This document shows, piece after piece, positions 47,950 to 57,083 of a DNA stretch of 64,000 nucleotides. The notes under the pieces were generated by a model. It ran no database searches and was not told the origin of the DNA. It saw nothing but the letters and a program-made list of their open reading frames with translations. Position numbers and translations under genes: made by a program. Every line of letters begins with the position of its first letter. Position 1 is the first letter of the stretch. Source of the stretch: an uncultured Verrucomicrobiae bacterium (GTDB lineage Bacteria > Verrucomicrobiota > Verrucomicrobiia > Chthoniobacterales > Chthoniobacteraceae); assembly GCA_963792695.1 (NCBI GenBank), contig CAWBXA010000002.1:4441-68440 (forward strand), given 5' to 3'.

Positions 47950-48985
47950 GGTCAGTTGCTCTTTGAAATGATGACCGCCGCGTCGGGGGAGTGCCCTGAC
48001 TCGCATGCTCGCTTCGGCGTCCTTCTTCGAGAAGTCGCGCGTAAATTGAAAAAGCCGCATATTCGTCCCGAAATGACCGAAACGCTGGCGGGCTCGCCTG
48101 GAGCCCCGCTCAATGAAGACGCTTCAGAGTTCTCGAAGAGTTCCGAAATTCCCAAGCTGTCTCGCGCTGACGCGCTGAGCGTGCCAAAGACGCTGAGACA
48201 ATTTGGGCGAGTTAAGGAAGCAGGGCAGCGTCCCGTGATTTGAAAAAGCCGCATATCCTTCCCAAAGTGACCGAAACTCCGGCTGCCTCGCCTTACACGA
48301 AGCCACGCTCCATGAAGCCGATTCGAACTTCGCGAAGAGTTCCGAAATTCCGAATCATCGAGAAAGCTGTCCCGCGCCGAACGTACCGAGGGTCCCGAGG
48401 ACCCCGAGAAAGTTGGGGTGAGTTAAGGAAGCAGGGCAGTTCGATTCAAAAAGCCGCATATCCTTCCCAAAGTGACCGAAACTCCGGCTGCTCGCCTCAC
48501 AGGGAGCCACGCTTGATGAAGCCGACTCGAACTTCGCGAAGAGTTCCGAAATTCCGAATCGTCGAGAAAGCTGTCCCGCGCTGAACGCACCGAGGGTCCC
48601 CAAGACTTCGAGATAGTTCCGGTGAGTTAAGGAAGCAGGGCAGTTCGATTGAGAAAAGCCGCATATCCTTCCCAAACGGACCGAAACTCCTGGCTGGCTC
48701 GCCTCACACGGAGCAACGCTCGATGAAGCCGACTCGAACTTCGCGAAGAGTTCCGAAATTCCGAATCGTCGAGAAAGCTGTCCAGCGCTGAGCGCACTGA
48801 GGGTCCCGAGGACCCTGAGAAGGTTGGGGTGAGTTGAGGAAGCAGGCAGTTCGATTGAGAAAAGCCGCATATCCTTCCCAAAGTGACCGAAACTCTGCCA
48901 AGCCGACCTTCGCCCCGTGGCACGCCTGCCTCTGGGACGGACACCCATTCCGCGTATCCGTCCCAAAATGACCGAAACTCCCCTC
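47950..48985. repeat. Tandem array of an approximately 205-bp unit (4 full units plus degenerate flanking partials)
   Basis: The anchor GCCGCATAT occurs at 48054, 48248, 48453, 48658 and 48864 (spacing 194, 205, 205, 206 nt), with a degenerate box at 48951-48980. The array fills the ogl-purL gap. No conserved reading frame. Confidence 0.9.
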
Positions 48986-49079
48986 GGCTCCTCTCCGGTG
49001 GACCTCGAGGATTTGCCCATCCTGAACATCGTGAATTTCGTGGACTCCCGCTCCGCGCGTCTGACACTTTCCCGCAGCG

Positions 49080-51375
49080 ATGCCTGACCCGACCATTACT
49101 CCTGAGCTGATTGCGAAACATGGGCTCACGCCGGAGGAGTACGAGCGCGTCGTCTCGATCCTCGGGCGGGCGCCGAACTTCACGGAGCTGGGCATCTTCT
49201 CGGTGATGTGGAGCGAGCATTGTTCCTACAAGAATTCCCGCAAGGAGCTGCGCAAATTTCCAACAACCGGGCCGGGAGTCCTCGTCAAGGCGGGCGAGGA
49301 GAATGCGGGCGTGATCGATATCGGCGATGGCTGGGCGGTGGCGTTCAAGATGGAGAGCCACAATCACCCGAGCGCCGTTGAGCCGTTCCAGGGAGCTGCG
49401 ACCGGAGTGGGCGGGATCATCCGGGACATCTTCACGATGGGGGCGCGGCCTGTGTTCTCGCTCAATTCGCTCCGCTTTGGTCCGATCAAGGGCGACGACG
49501 CGCAGGCCAGGACGAATCGCCGGTTGCTCAGCTGGTGTCGTTGCGGGCATTGCGCACTACGGGAATTGCATCGGGATTCCGACCATCGGCGGGGAGCTTT
49601 ACTTCGACGAGAGCTACAATGGCAATCCGCTGGTGAATGTCTTCAACCTCGGCATCCTGCGGCACGAGCAGATCGCGCGCGGCGCGGCGAAGGGGATCGG
49701 CAATCCGGTCTTTTACGTGGGCGCGGAGACCGGGCGCGATGGACTGGCGGGCGCGGCCTTCGCCTCCCGCGACCTGACCGAGGAGTCGAAGCAGGACCGG
49801 CCCGCGGTGCAGGTGGGCGATCCGTTTCGTGAGAAGCTGCTGCTGGAAGCGTGTCTCGAGTTGCTCGCCACGGATGCGGTGGCTGGCATTCAGGACATGG
49901 GTGCCGCAGGGCTGACCTGCTCGACATGTGAGACGGCCAGCCGCGGCGGCACGGGGGTGGAGATCGACCTGGCGCTGGTGCCCAAACGCGAGGCGGGGAT
50001 GACCCCTTACGAGATCCTGCTTTCCGAATCGCAGGAACGGATGCTCATCATCGTGAAGAAGGGGCAGGAGCATGTGGTCAAGGCGATCTTTGAAAAGTGG
50101 GATTTGCCCTATGCCGCGGTCGGCGAGGTGAAGGACGACGGAATGATGCGCGTGCTCGACGGTGGAGTGGTCGCCGCGGAAATCCCGGCGCGGCAGTTGG
50201 CCGATGAAGCGCCGCTCTATGATCGCGAGGCCCAGGCGCCCGCGCCCGCGCCCGCCGTGGACCTCGCCGCGCTGCCGGAGCCCACGGCGGAAGTCTGTCG
50301 CGAGGCGCTTCTGCGACTCCTGGCCGATCCGAGCATCGCTTCCAAGAACTGGGTCTATCGGCAATACGATCACATGGTGCGTGCCGGGACGATGGTCCTG
50401 CCGGGCTCAGATGCGGCGGTCTTTCTGGTGCGCGAGGCCGGCAAGATTTTGGCAGCCACGTCGGATTGCAACGGGCTCTTTTGCGCGCTCAACCCGCGGG
50501 AAGGCGCGCGCAGCGCCATCGCTGAGGCGGCGCGCAATCTCACTTGCGCGGGGGCGGTGCCGCTGGCTGTCACCGACAATCTCAACTTTGGCAATCCGCA
50601 CCACCCGGAGGTTTTCTGGCAATTGCGGGAGTGTGTCGAGGGTTTGGCGGAAGGGTGCCGCGCCCTGGGCACGCCGGTCACCGGCGGCAACGTCTCGCTG
50701 TATAATCAGAGCCCTGCTGGCGCGATCGATCCCACGCCGACCGTCGGGATGGTCGGCCTGATCGCGCACGAGAAGCACGTCACGCGGCAGAGTTTCCGCG
50801 ACGCGGGCGACGTGATCATCCTGGCGGGTGAGTTGATGGGTGACGCGGGGGACGAGTTGCTCGGCGCGTCGCACTTCTTGAAGGTCTTGCATGGCGTGAA
50901 GGTAGGCCGTGTGCCTGCAGTCGACTTTGGGCGCGAGATGGCGTTGCAAAAGGCCGTGTTGGAGGGAATCCGCCAAGGCTGGGTGAAGAGCGCGCACGAT
51001 TGCTCAGAAGGCGGACTGGCGGTGGCGCTGGCCGAATGTTGCATCTCAGACCCGGATCATCGCCTCGGGGCCGTGATTGAACTCCCTGAGACCGAACGGC
51101 TGGATGCCGTTCTCTTCCACGAAGCGCAGGCGCGGATTGTTTTGAGCGTTGCGCCGACTGCGGCCGCGGAGGCTTTGCGCGTTCTCCAGGCCGGCAACGT
51201 GCCCGCCCGGCAACTCGGAATAGTCGGCGGCTCGGAACTGAGCGTGCAGGTAGGTGAGCAAAGGCTCGCCTGGCCGGTGGCCGAGATGCACGGAGCCTGG
51301 TACGACTCGATTGGAGAGGCGATGACCAGCTCTCGCGAAACCGGCAGGCGTACGGCAAAGGCGGGCACCTCGTGA
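49080..51375 (+). CDS. purL: Phosphoribosylformylglycinamidine synthase subunit PurL, with an apparent 1-nt insertion near 49533
   Basis: ORF 49080..49832 ([18 protein letters not shown]...ESHNHPS) joins ORF 49327..51375 at ...[26 protein letters not shown]... Confidence 0.92.
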
Positions 51376-51671
51376 GATAAGGGCGTCCATTGGCGCGATC
51401 CATGCGCACTAATGTGGAGCCGCTTTTTGGCTGTTTGAACGCCGGAGGGCGGGGGCGGTCCAACTCCACACGCCCTTAACGGCATTTAATAATAATTCAC
51501 CGTCTTCTGATAAAAAGATTTGCAGTCTTCACGCTTTAGTCTAAGTTTCTCCTCATGGAGGCGGTTCTCACCCTTGGGCATGTCCTCTGTCGCACAACCT
51601 CGGAGCCGGCGAGCCCCGTACCATTCATAGAACTTCGCGATGTCAAATTTTTTTAGAAACGAGGCCACCTC

Positions 51672-52561
51672 ATGAACTACAAATCAGGCGAAGATTCCGA
51701 CTCCGGAATCAAGATCTACCTCCGGGAGATCGGCCAAATCCCGCTGCTCACTCCGGCGGAGGAGATCGAACTCGCCGCCAAAATCAAGAAAGGCGACAAA
51801 GAGGCTCGGTCACGGATGATCCGCTCCAACCTGCGCTTGGTGGTGAAAATCGCGCACGATTACGCCAATCTCGGTCTGCCGCTGCTCGATCTCATCTCCG
51901 AAGGAAACATCGGTCTGATGAAGGCGGTGGAGCGCTTTGATCCGGCCAAGGGAGGGAAGCTCTCGACGTACGCGGCCTGGTGGATCAAGCAGTCGATCAA
52001 GCGCGCTTTGGCGAACCAGAGCAAGACGATCCGCCTGCCCGTGCATTTGGTGGACAAAATTTCGAAGATGCGCCGGGTTTCGCTCCAGATGAGCGAAGAG
52101 CTCGGCCGCGAGCCGACCGACGACGAATTAGCCGAGGAAGTGGGGCTCTCGTCTTCGAAGGTCTCGCAGCTCAAGACGGTCTCGATTCGCCCAGCCTCGC
52201 TCGATGCGCCGATCAGCGACGACGACTCGACGGAGTTCGGCGAGATCGTCGGCGACATGGAGGCGCTCACGCCGTTCGAGCGGCTGCGCGACAAAACTTG
52301 CGCGATGAAGTCGGCGACTTGCTGGCCGTCCTCGACGAGCGCGAAAAGAAGATCATCTTCTCGCGGTTCGGACTCGACGGCGGCAAAGCGAAGACGCTTG
52401 AGGAAGTCGGACGAAAGTTCGGCGTCACCCGGGAGCGCATCCGGCAGTTGCAAAACATCGCCTTGATGAAGCTGCGCCGTGCTCTCCAGAAGAAGGAGAA
52501 GCCTATCGAGCATCTGCTCCCGGCCGGTCTCTTCCAGGATCAGGATGTGGAGATGAACTGA
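51672..52561 (+). CDS. Sigma-70 family RNA polymerase sigma factor (RpoD-like, about 296 aa), with an apparent 1-nt deletion in the A-run near 52293
   Basis: Regions 2-3 lie in ORF 51672..52466 ([11 protein letters not shown]...[14 protein letters not shown]...[12 protein letters not shown]). Region 4 is in the next frame ([29 protein letters not shown]), ending at 52561. Confidence 0.9.
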
Positions 52562-52596
52562 AGGGGCAGCGTCCGCACTGCGCGGGCGCCGTTTCC

Positions 52597-53301
52597 TTGC
52601 TGACATCGTGGGGCAATCCGGGGCTTAGTGTCCGCGTGGCTGACATCCAACTCCAGGCGCGGGATCTGCGGCGCTCCTTTCGCTTGGGCAAGGGTACGCT
52701 GGAAGTCTTGCGCGGCATCTCCGTCGAAATTGCCCAGGGCGAAACTGTCTTCCTCTGCGGAGCTTCGGGCGCTGGCAAGACGACGCTGCTCTACACCCTT
52801 GCGGGCTTGGAGACGCCAGAGGCTGGCAGCGTGCATTTCCGCGGGATGGACGTTTATGGCGCTTCGGAGAAAGCGCGCGCGCGGCTGCGCAACAGCTCCT
52901 TCGGTTTCATCTTTCAAGGATACTTCCTCTTCCCGGAATTGACCGCGCTCGAGAACGTCACGTTGCCGACGATGATCCACCGGGCCGCCGAGTCGAAGCG
53001 CGCTGAGGAGTCGCTCCGCCGAGTCGGACTCGGGGATCGGCTGCATCACCTTCCGGCGGAACTTTCCGGCGGCGAGCAGCAGCGTGTCGCCATCGCCCGC
53101 GCGCTGATCAACGATCCCACGGTCATCTTTGCTGATGAGCCCACGGGCAATCTCGACTCGCAAACCGGCGAAAGCATCGTGGAACTCCTCCTGGGCGTCG
53201 TGCGCGAGCGCCAATCTACCTTGGTGGTGGTGACGCACGATGCGTCACTCGCCCGCCGTGGGGACCGCACCCTCCACATGCGCGACGGCATGGTGGCCTG
53301 A
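52597..53301 (+). CDS. ABC transporter ATP-binding protein (LolD/MacB-type)
   Basis: GASGAGKTT, LSGGEQQRVAIARAL, IFADEPTGNLD. A more likely start is GTG 52636 (VADIQLQARDL). Confidence 0.88.
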   Translation: MLTSWGNPGLSVRVADIQLQARDLRRSFRLGKGTLEVLRGISVEIAQGETVFLCGASGAGKTTLLYTLAGLETPEAGSVHFRGMDVYGASEKARARLRNSSFGFIFQGYFLFPELTALENVTLPTMIHRAAESKRAEESLRRVGLGDRLHHLPAELSGGEQQRVAIARALINDPTVIFADEPTGNLDSQTGESIVELLLGVVRERQSTLVVVTHDASLARRGDRTLHMRDGMVA

Positions 53302-53374
53302 CCGCCGCGGTGGCCGGTGCGAGGATGAGTGACAAGGGCGGGGACGTTTTGCATGGTGCGGGAACTCCGCGCAC

Positions 53375-54991
53375 TTGATGTCGCTGCTCATTGTTCTTCT
53401 TGGCTCCGGTTTGGTGATCGCCGGGATCATCGGCCTGCGGCTGCCGGCGTTTCTTACCCTGGTTGGGGCGGCGCTGATGGTGGCGGCGATCACCCCGCCG
53501 GAGGCGCGGTTGCGCAGTGCCGCGCGACCTTTGGCAGCGGAAGTCGTGTCGTACGCGAGCGACACGGGTCTGGTCGAACTCACGACTGCGTCCGCGAAGG
53601 AGTGCAAACCCGGCGCTGCGCGTCTGGTGCGGGTTCGCGACGGGCAGAATTTCCCCATCACCGTCAGCCACGCGGGGATCACCTCACCGCGTGCGTTCTA
53701 CGTCGCAAGCGACGTCGCGCCGGAGCCGCACGATTTGCTGCTGGGCTTGGCCGAGTGGACGGCGGCTCAAAAGGCTGCCGTGGCGAATCCGGGTGAAGTG
53801 GTGGCACAAGGTTTTGGGGCGACGACGGCGAGCATCGGCTTGCTGATTGCGCTCGCTTCGGTCATCGGCGCCTGCCTGATGGAGAGCGGCGCGGCGGAGC
53901 GCGTGGTGCTGGCCATCCGCTGGCTCTTTGGGGAGGAGCGCGCCTCCCTGGCGTTCATCCCGAGCGGGTTTCTGCTCTGCATTCCCGCCTTCTTTGACAC
54001 GGTCTTCTACTTGCTGATTCCGCTGGGGAAAGCGATGCGGCGCAAGACGGGCAAAGATTACGTGCTCTATATCCTCTCGATCGTGGCGGGCGCGACGATG
54101 GCGCATTCGCTCGTGCCGCCCACCCCCGGGCCCTCTTTCGTCGCCGTTGCGCTCGGGATTCCGATCGCGACCATGATGCTGGCGGGGACCATTGTCGGGC
54201 TGGTTGCTGCGCTGGGGGGCTACGCCTATGCGCTATGGGCGAACCGCCGCTGGCCGATTCCTCTGCCGGATGAGCCAATCCGCGCCGAATCGGCAACACC
54301 GGACCCCGCGCGACGGTTGCCGGCGCTCGGCTGGTCTCTCCTGCCCATCCTGCTGCCCATCGCCCTCATCGCCCTGGAAAGCCTCACAAATTGGCCCGAC
54401 TTTCATGGCCCCTGGCGCGCCGCCATGGCCCTCGTGGGCAACAAGAATGTCGCACTCTCCTTGGGCGCCGTTGCGGCCCTGACGCTGCTCGCCAGCACCT
54501 GCCGCTGGCAGTGGCGATCGTTGGCGCCGGCGCTCAACCCAGCCTTGGAAAGTGCGGGCGTCATCCTGCTGATTACGCCTGCGGGCGGTGCCTTCGGCCA
54601 GGCGCTGCGCGCGACGGACGTTTCGGCGGTGCTTTCGAGTTGGTTCTCCGGGAGCGGCTTCTGGCTGCTGCCGGCCGCCTTTGGAGTGACCGTGCTGGTG
54701 CGGCTGGCACAAGGCTCTGCCACGGTCGCGATGATCACCGGGGCCGGCATTGTCGCCCCACTCGCGCTCGGGGTGCCGCTTGGTTACCACCCAGTCTATC
54801 TGGCGCTGGCCATTGGCTGCGGCTCGAAGCCGATTCCCTGGATGAACGACAGCGGATTCTGGATCATCTCGCGGATGACCGGCATGACCGAGGGCGAGAC
54901 GCTCAAAACGGCTTCCGCCATGATGGCGGTGATGGGCTTCACTGGCCTGGCGGCCACGCTGCTGGGCGCCTGGCTGCTGCCGCTCCGGTAA
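53375..54991 (+). CDS. GntP-family (gluconate/H+ symporter-type) permease with a ~100-aa insertion after TM1
   Basis: 538 aa. LLIALASVIGACLMESGAAERV, AHSLVPPTPGP, LAIGCGSKPIPWMNDSGFW. Confidence 0.8.
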   Translation: MMSLLIVLLGSGLVIAGIIGLRLPAFLTLVGAALMVAAITPPEARLRSAARPLAAEVVSYASDTGLVELTTASAKECKPGAARLVRVRDGQNFPITVSHAGITSPRAFYVASDVAPEPHDLLLGLAEWTAAQKAAVANPGEVVAQGFGATTASIGLLIALASVIGACLMESGAAERVVLAIRWLFGEERASLAFIPSGFLLCIPAFFDTVFYLLIPLGKAMRRKTGKDYVLYILSIVAGATMAHSLVPPTPGPSFVAVALGIPIATMMLAGTIVGLVAALGGYAYALWANRRWPIPLPDEPIRAESATPDPARRLPALGWSLLPILLPIALIALESLTNWPDFHGPWRAAMALVGNKNVALSLGAVAALTLLASTCRWQWRSLAPALNPALESAGVILLITPAGGAFGQALRATDVSAVLSSWFSGSGFWLLPAAFGVTVLVRLAQGSATVAMITGAGIVAPLALGVPLGYHPVYLALAIGCGSKPIPWMNDSGFWIISRMTGMTEGETLKTASAMMAVMGFTGLAATLLGAWLLPLR

Positions 54992-55121
54992 ACCCGGCGG
55001 GGCGGGACGGTCGAGTCAGTGAGCCAAAGGCACCGCGTCTGAGCGACGGGGCGTCGCATTTGAGCCAATCCGGGGAGTCTGCGCGGGCCACGATGTCACC
55101 GGCGGTGCCCCGGCGCGCCGG

Positions 55122-57080
55122 CTACTTCGGTGTGTGGACCGTGCGCGGGGGAGCGGCGCTCGTCGTGGTGATCGTGTGATGGGTGGAGGTCGCCTCCGGC
55201 AGGGTGCGGCCGGTCATCACTTTGTCGGCTTTCTTCACCGGCTCGCGCGGTTCCAGGAAGCCGATGCCTTCGCGCTCGAGAACGGTGCCGGTGACAAGCC
55301 AAAGTTGCGTAATCGACTTGTTCAACTCAGCTAGCGCGGCGAGTTCGCGACTCTTGGCGTCATAGAGTTTGCGCTGCTGCTCGGTGATGTCGTAGGCGGA
55401 AATCTGGCCTTCCTCCAGACGGCGGTAGGCGATTCGGACTGCCTCTTCGCCGAGTTCCCGCGTCTGCCGGGCGGCGGCGAGCCGCTGGCGATTGGTCTCG
55501 ATCCGCGAGACGATGGTATCCACATCGGACTCGACGGTGACTTCGCTCTGTTTGATGCGCAGAATGGCCTGCTCCTTTTGTCCGAGGATGGCCTCGTATT
55601 GCGCGCGCGGCTGGCGATTGCCGAGGGGCACCTGAAACTGAAAGCCGACGGAATACTGCGGCGTGTTCGCGGTGAAATTCTGGTCGAAACTATCGCCATA
55701 GCTGGTGCCCAAGCCGTTCAAACCGTAGGTGGCGAGCAGGTCGAGTTCAGGGAGGAGTTGATTTTTCGCATAGCGCACCCGCACGTTCTGCAAGTCGGCG
55801 CCGAGGAGCGTGGAAAGGTAGTCGTAGCGGACACGATAGGCGGTGCTGAGCAGTTCAGTCCGGTTTAGCGCGGGCGGCGTGAGGTTTGGCGCGTCGGCGG
55901 GGAGAAAGAGGCGGTTGTCGTTGGCGTTGCTCTTCTGCGAAATGAGGCGCTTGAGGGCGTACTGGCGCTCGAGGAAGGTGTTTTTCGAGGCGAGCAGCGC
56001 CTCCTGGTCTGTCGAGACGGCGACTTCCGCCTGGCGGATATCGAAGGGCGATCCGAAGCCGAGGTCGACGCGGTGATGGTAGAGGTCGACGAGGCTGCGG
56101 TCGGCCGTCATGGCGGCCTGGCGCACGTTGATGTCGTTCAAAGCGTACAGCATGTCGTAGTACGCGGCCATGACGCCCTGGATGGCGGAGGAGATGTTCT
56201 GCTTCCATTGCAGCGTTTGAATCTTGGCGTTGATGGCGGCGGAGCGGAGATCGACGAGGTTGGCGTCTTTGCCAAAGTTTTTGAGGAGAGGCTGCTGGAT
56301 GTTAACGCCGACAAACGAGTCGTAGAGGTCGCGCACCGGGTTGGTATTCCCCTCGAAGGTATTGTGCGATTGAGTGATGGTGGCTTGAAACGAGTAGCGC
56401 GTTCCTATGGAGGTCCGTCCCTGCAAGCCGGCTTGAAACTCGAGGCTGCGCTGGTCGAGCGTGACGACGTTATTGAGGGTGGGATTGGTGATGGAATTCT
56501 GCGGAAGGAGGATCGGATTGAGGCCCTGCACATTGGGCAGATCGAGCGGCGCAAGGCCTTGCGCGACCCGCTGCTGATTGATGACCGCCTGTTGATTCGC
56601 GAGCTGCGCCTGGGTGACCTGCGCCTGGTTGAGCGCTTGCGCGTTCGTATTCAGCAAATCGACGTTGAACTGCTGTGCCGCCTGGTTGAGCTGCAACTGC
56701 AACTGCTGCTGCTGAGTGATCGCCTGGGTGGTGCTCGGATTGGTGATGTCCTCGGCCCGGCGCAGTTCCTGGTACTGGCCGCTGAACGCGAACACCGGAT
56801 CGAATGCGCCCGCGGCGAAGCGGACCTGCGCCCGCTGAACGCCGATACCCACATGCTCGTACTTCACCTCGAGATTGTTTTCCAACGCGAGTTCCAGCGC
56901 GCGCTGGAGGGTGATCCGCTCAAACTGGCGACCGCCGAAAAGGGAGTTGTCGAAGTTCGCGCCGGGGGCCACCAGCCCGGTGCGGCGCACCGCTAAGTCC
57001 GGCGGGCGCTCCTGCCCGAGGAGCGGCGCGATGGTTAAAAGGAAAGCGCACGCGGCCGTGCTCCGGGAGAACTTGGACAT
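55122..57080 (-). CDS. TolC-family outer-membrane efflux protein with a Gln/Asn-rich insertion
   Basis: 652 aa. Signal peptide, LQRALELALENNLEVKYEH..., two OEP repeats, and the last gene of the export operon. Confidence 0.85.
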   Translation of the reverse strand: MSKFSRSTAACAFLLTIAPLLGQERPPDLAVRRTGLVAPGANFDNSLFGGRQFERITLQRALELALENNLEVKYEHVGIGVQRAQVRFAAGAFDPVFAFSGQYQELRRAEDITNPSTTQAITQQQQLQLQLNQAAQQFNVDLLNTNAQALNQAQVTQAQLANQQAVINQQRVAQGLAPLDLPNVQGLNPILLPQNSITNPTLNNVVTLDQRSLEFQAGLQGRTSIGTRYSFQATITQSHNTFEGNTNPVRDLYDSFVGVNIQQPLLKNFGKDANLVDLRSAAINAKIQTLQWKQNISSAIQGVMAAYYDMLYALNDINVRQAAMTADRSLVDLYHHRVDLGFGSPFDIRQAEVAVSTDQEALLASKNTFLERQYALKRLISQKSNANDNRLFLPADAPNLTPPALNRTELLSTAYRVRYDYLSTLLGADLQNVRVRYAKNQLLPELDLLATYGLNGLGTSYGDSFDQNFTANTPQYSVGFQFQVPLGNRQPRAQYEAILGQKEQAILRIKQSEVTVESDVDTIVSRIETNRQRLAAARQTRELGEEAVRIAYRRLEEGQISAYDITEQQRKLYDAKSRELAALAELNKSITQLWLVTGTVLEREGIGFLEPREPVKKADKVMTGRTLPEATSTHHTITTTSAAPPRTVHTPK

Positions 57081-57083
57081 GGC

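Noticed and set aside
47950-48985. Possible CRISPR array (regularly spaced conserved boxes in a gene-less region)
   Set aside because: The period is about 205 nt and the sequence between the conserved boxes is itself conserved between units. There are no 25-40-nt repeats separated by unique spacers, and no cas genes are in the window. It is reported instead as a tandem repeat of unknown function.
48240-49029. Long ORFs on both strands across the tandem repeats (48240..48584 +, 48355..49029 -, 48627..49550 -) as repeat-containing proteins or tandem peptide precursors
   Set aside because: The unit length (194-206 nt) is not a multiple of 3. The MRLF-initiated frames on the minus strand diverge between units because of 1-nt length differences, so no peptide is conserved. 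ORF 48627..49550 also runs antisense into purL.
51486-51668. 60-aa minus-strand ORF in the AT-rich stretch upstream of the sigma-factor gene
   Set aside because: The local AT-richness fits a promoter or leader region for the sigma gene. The ORF has no RBS-like context or recognisable family, so it is left unannotated.
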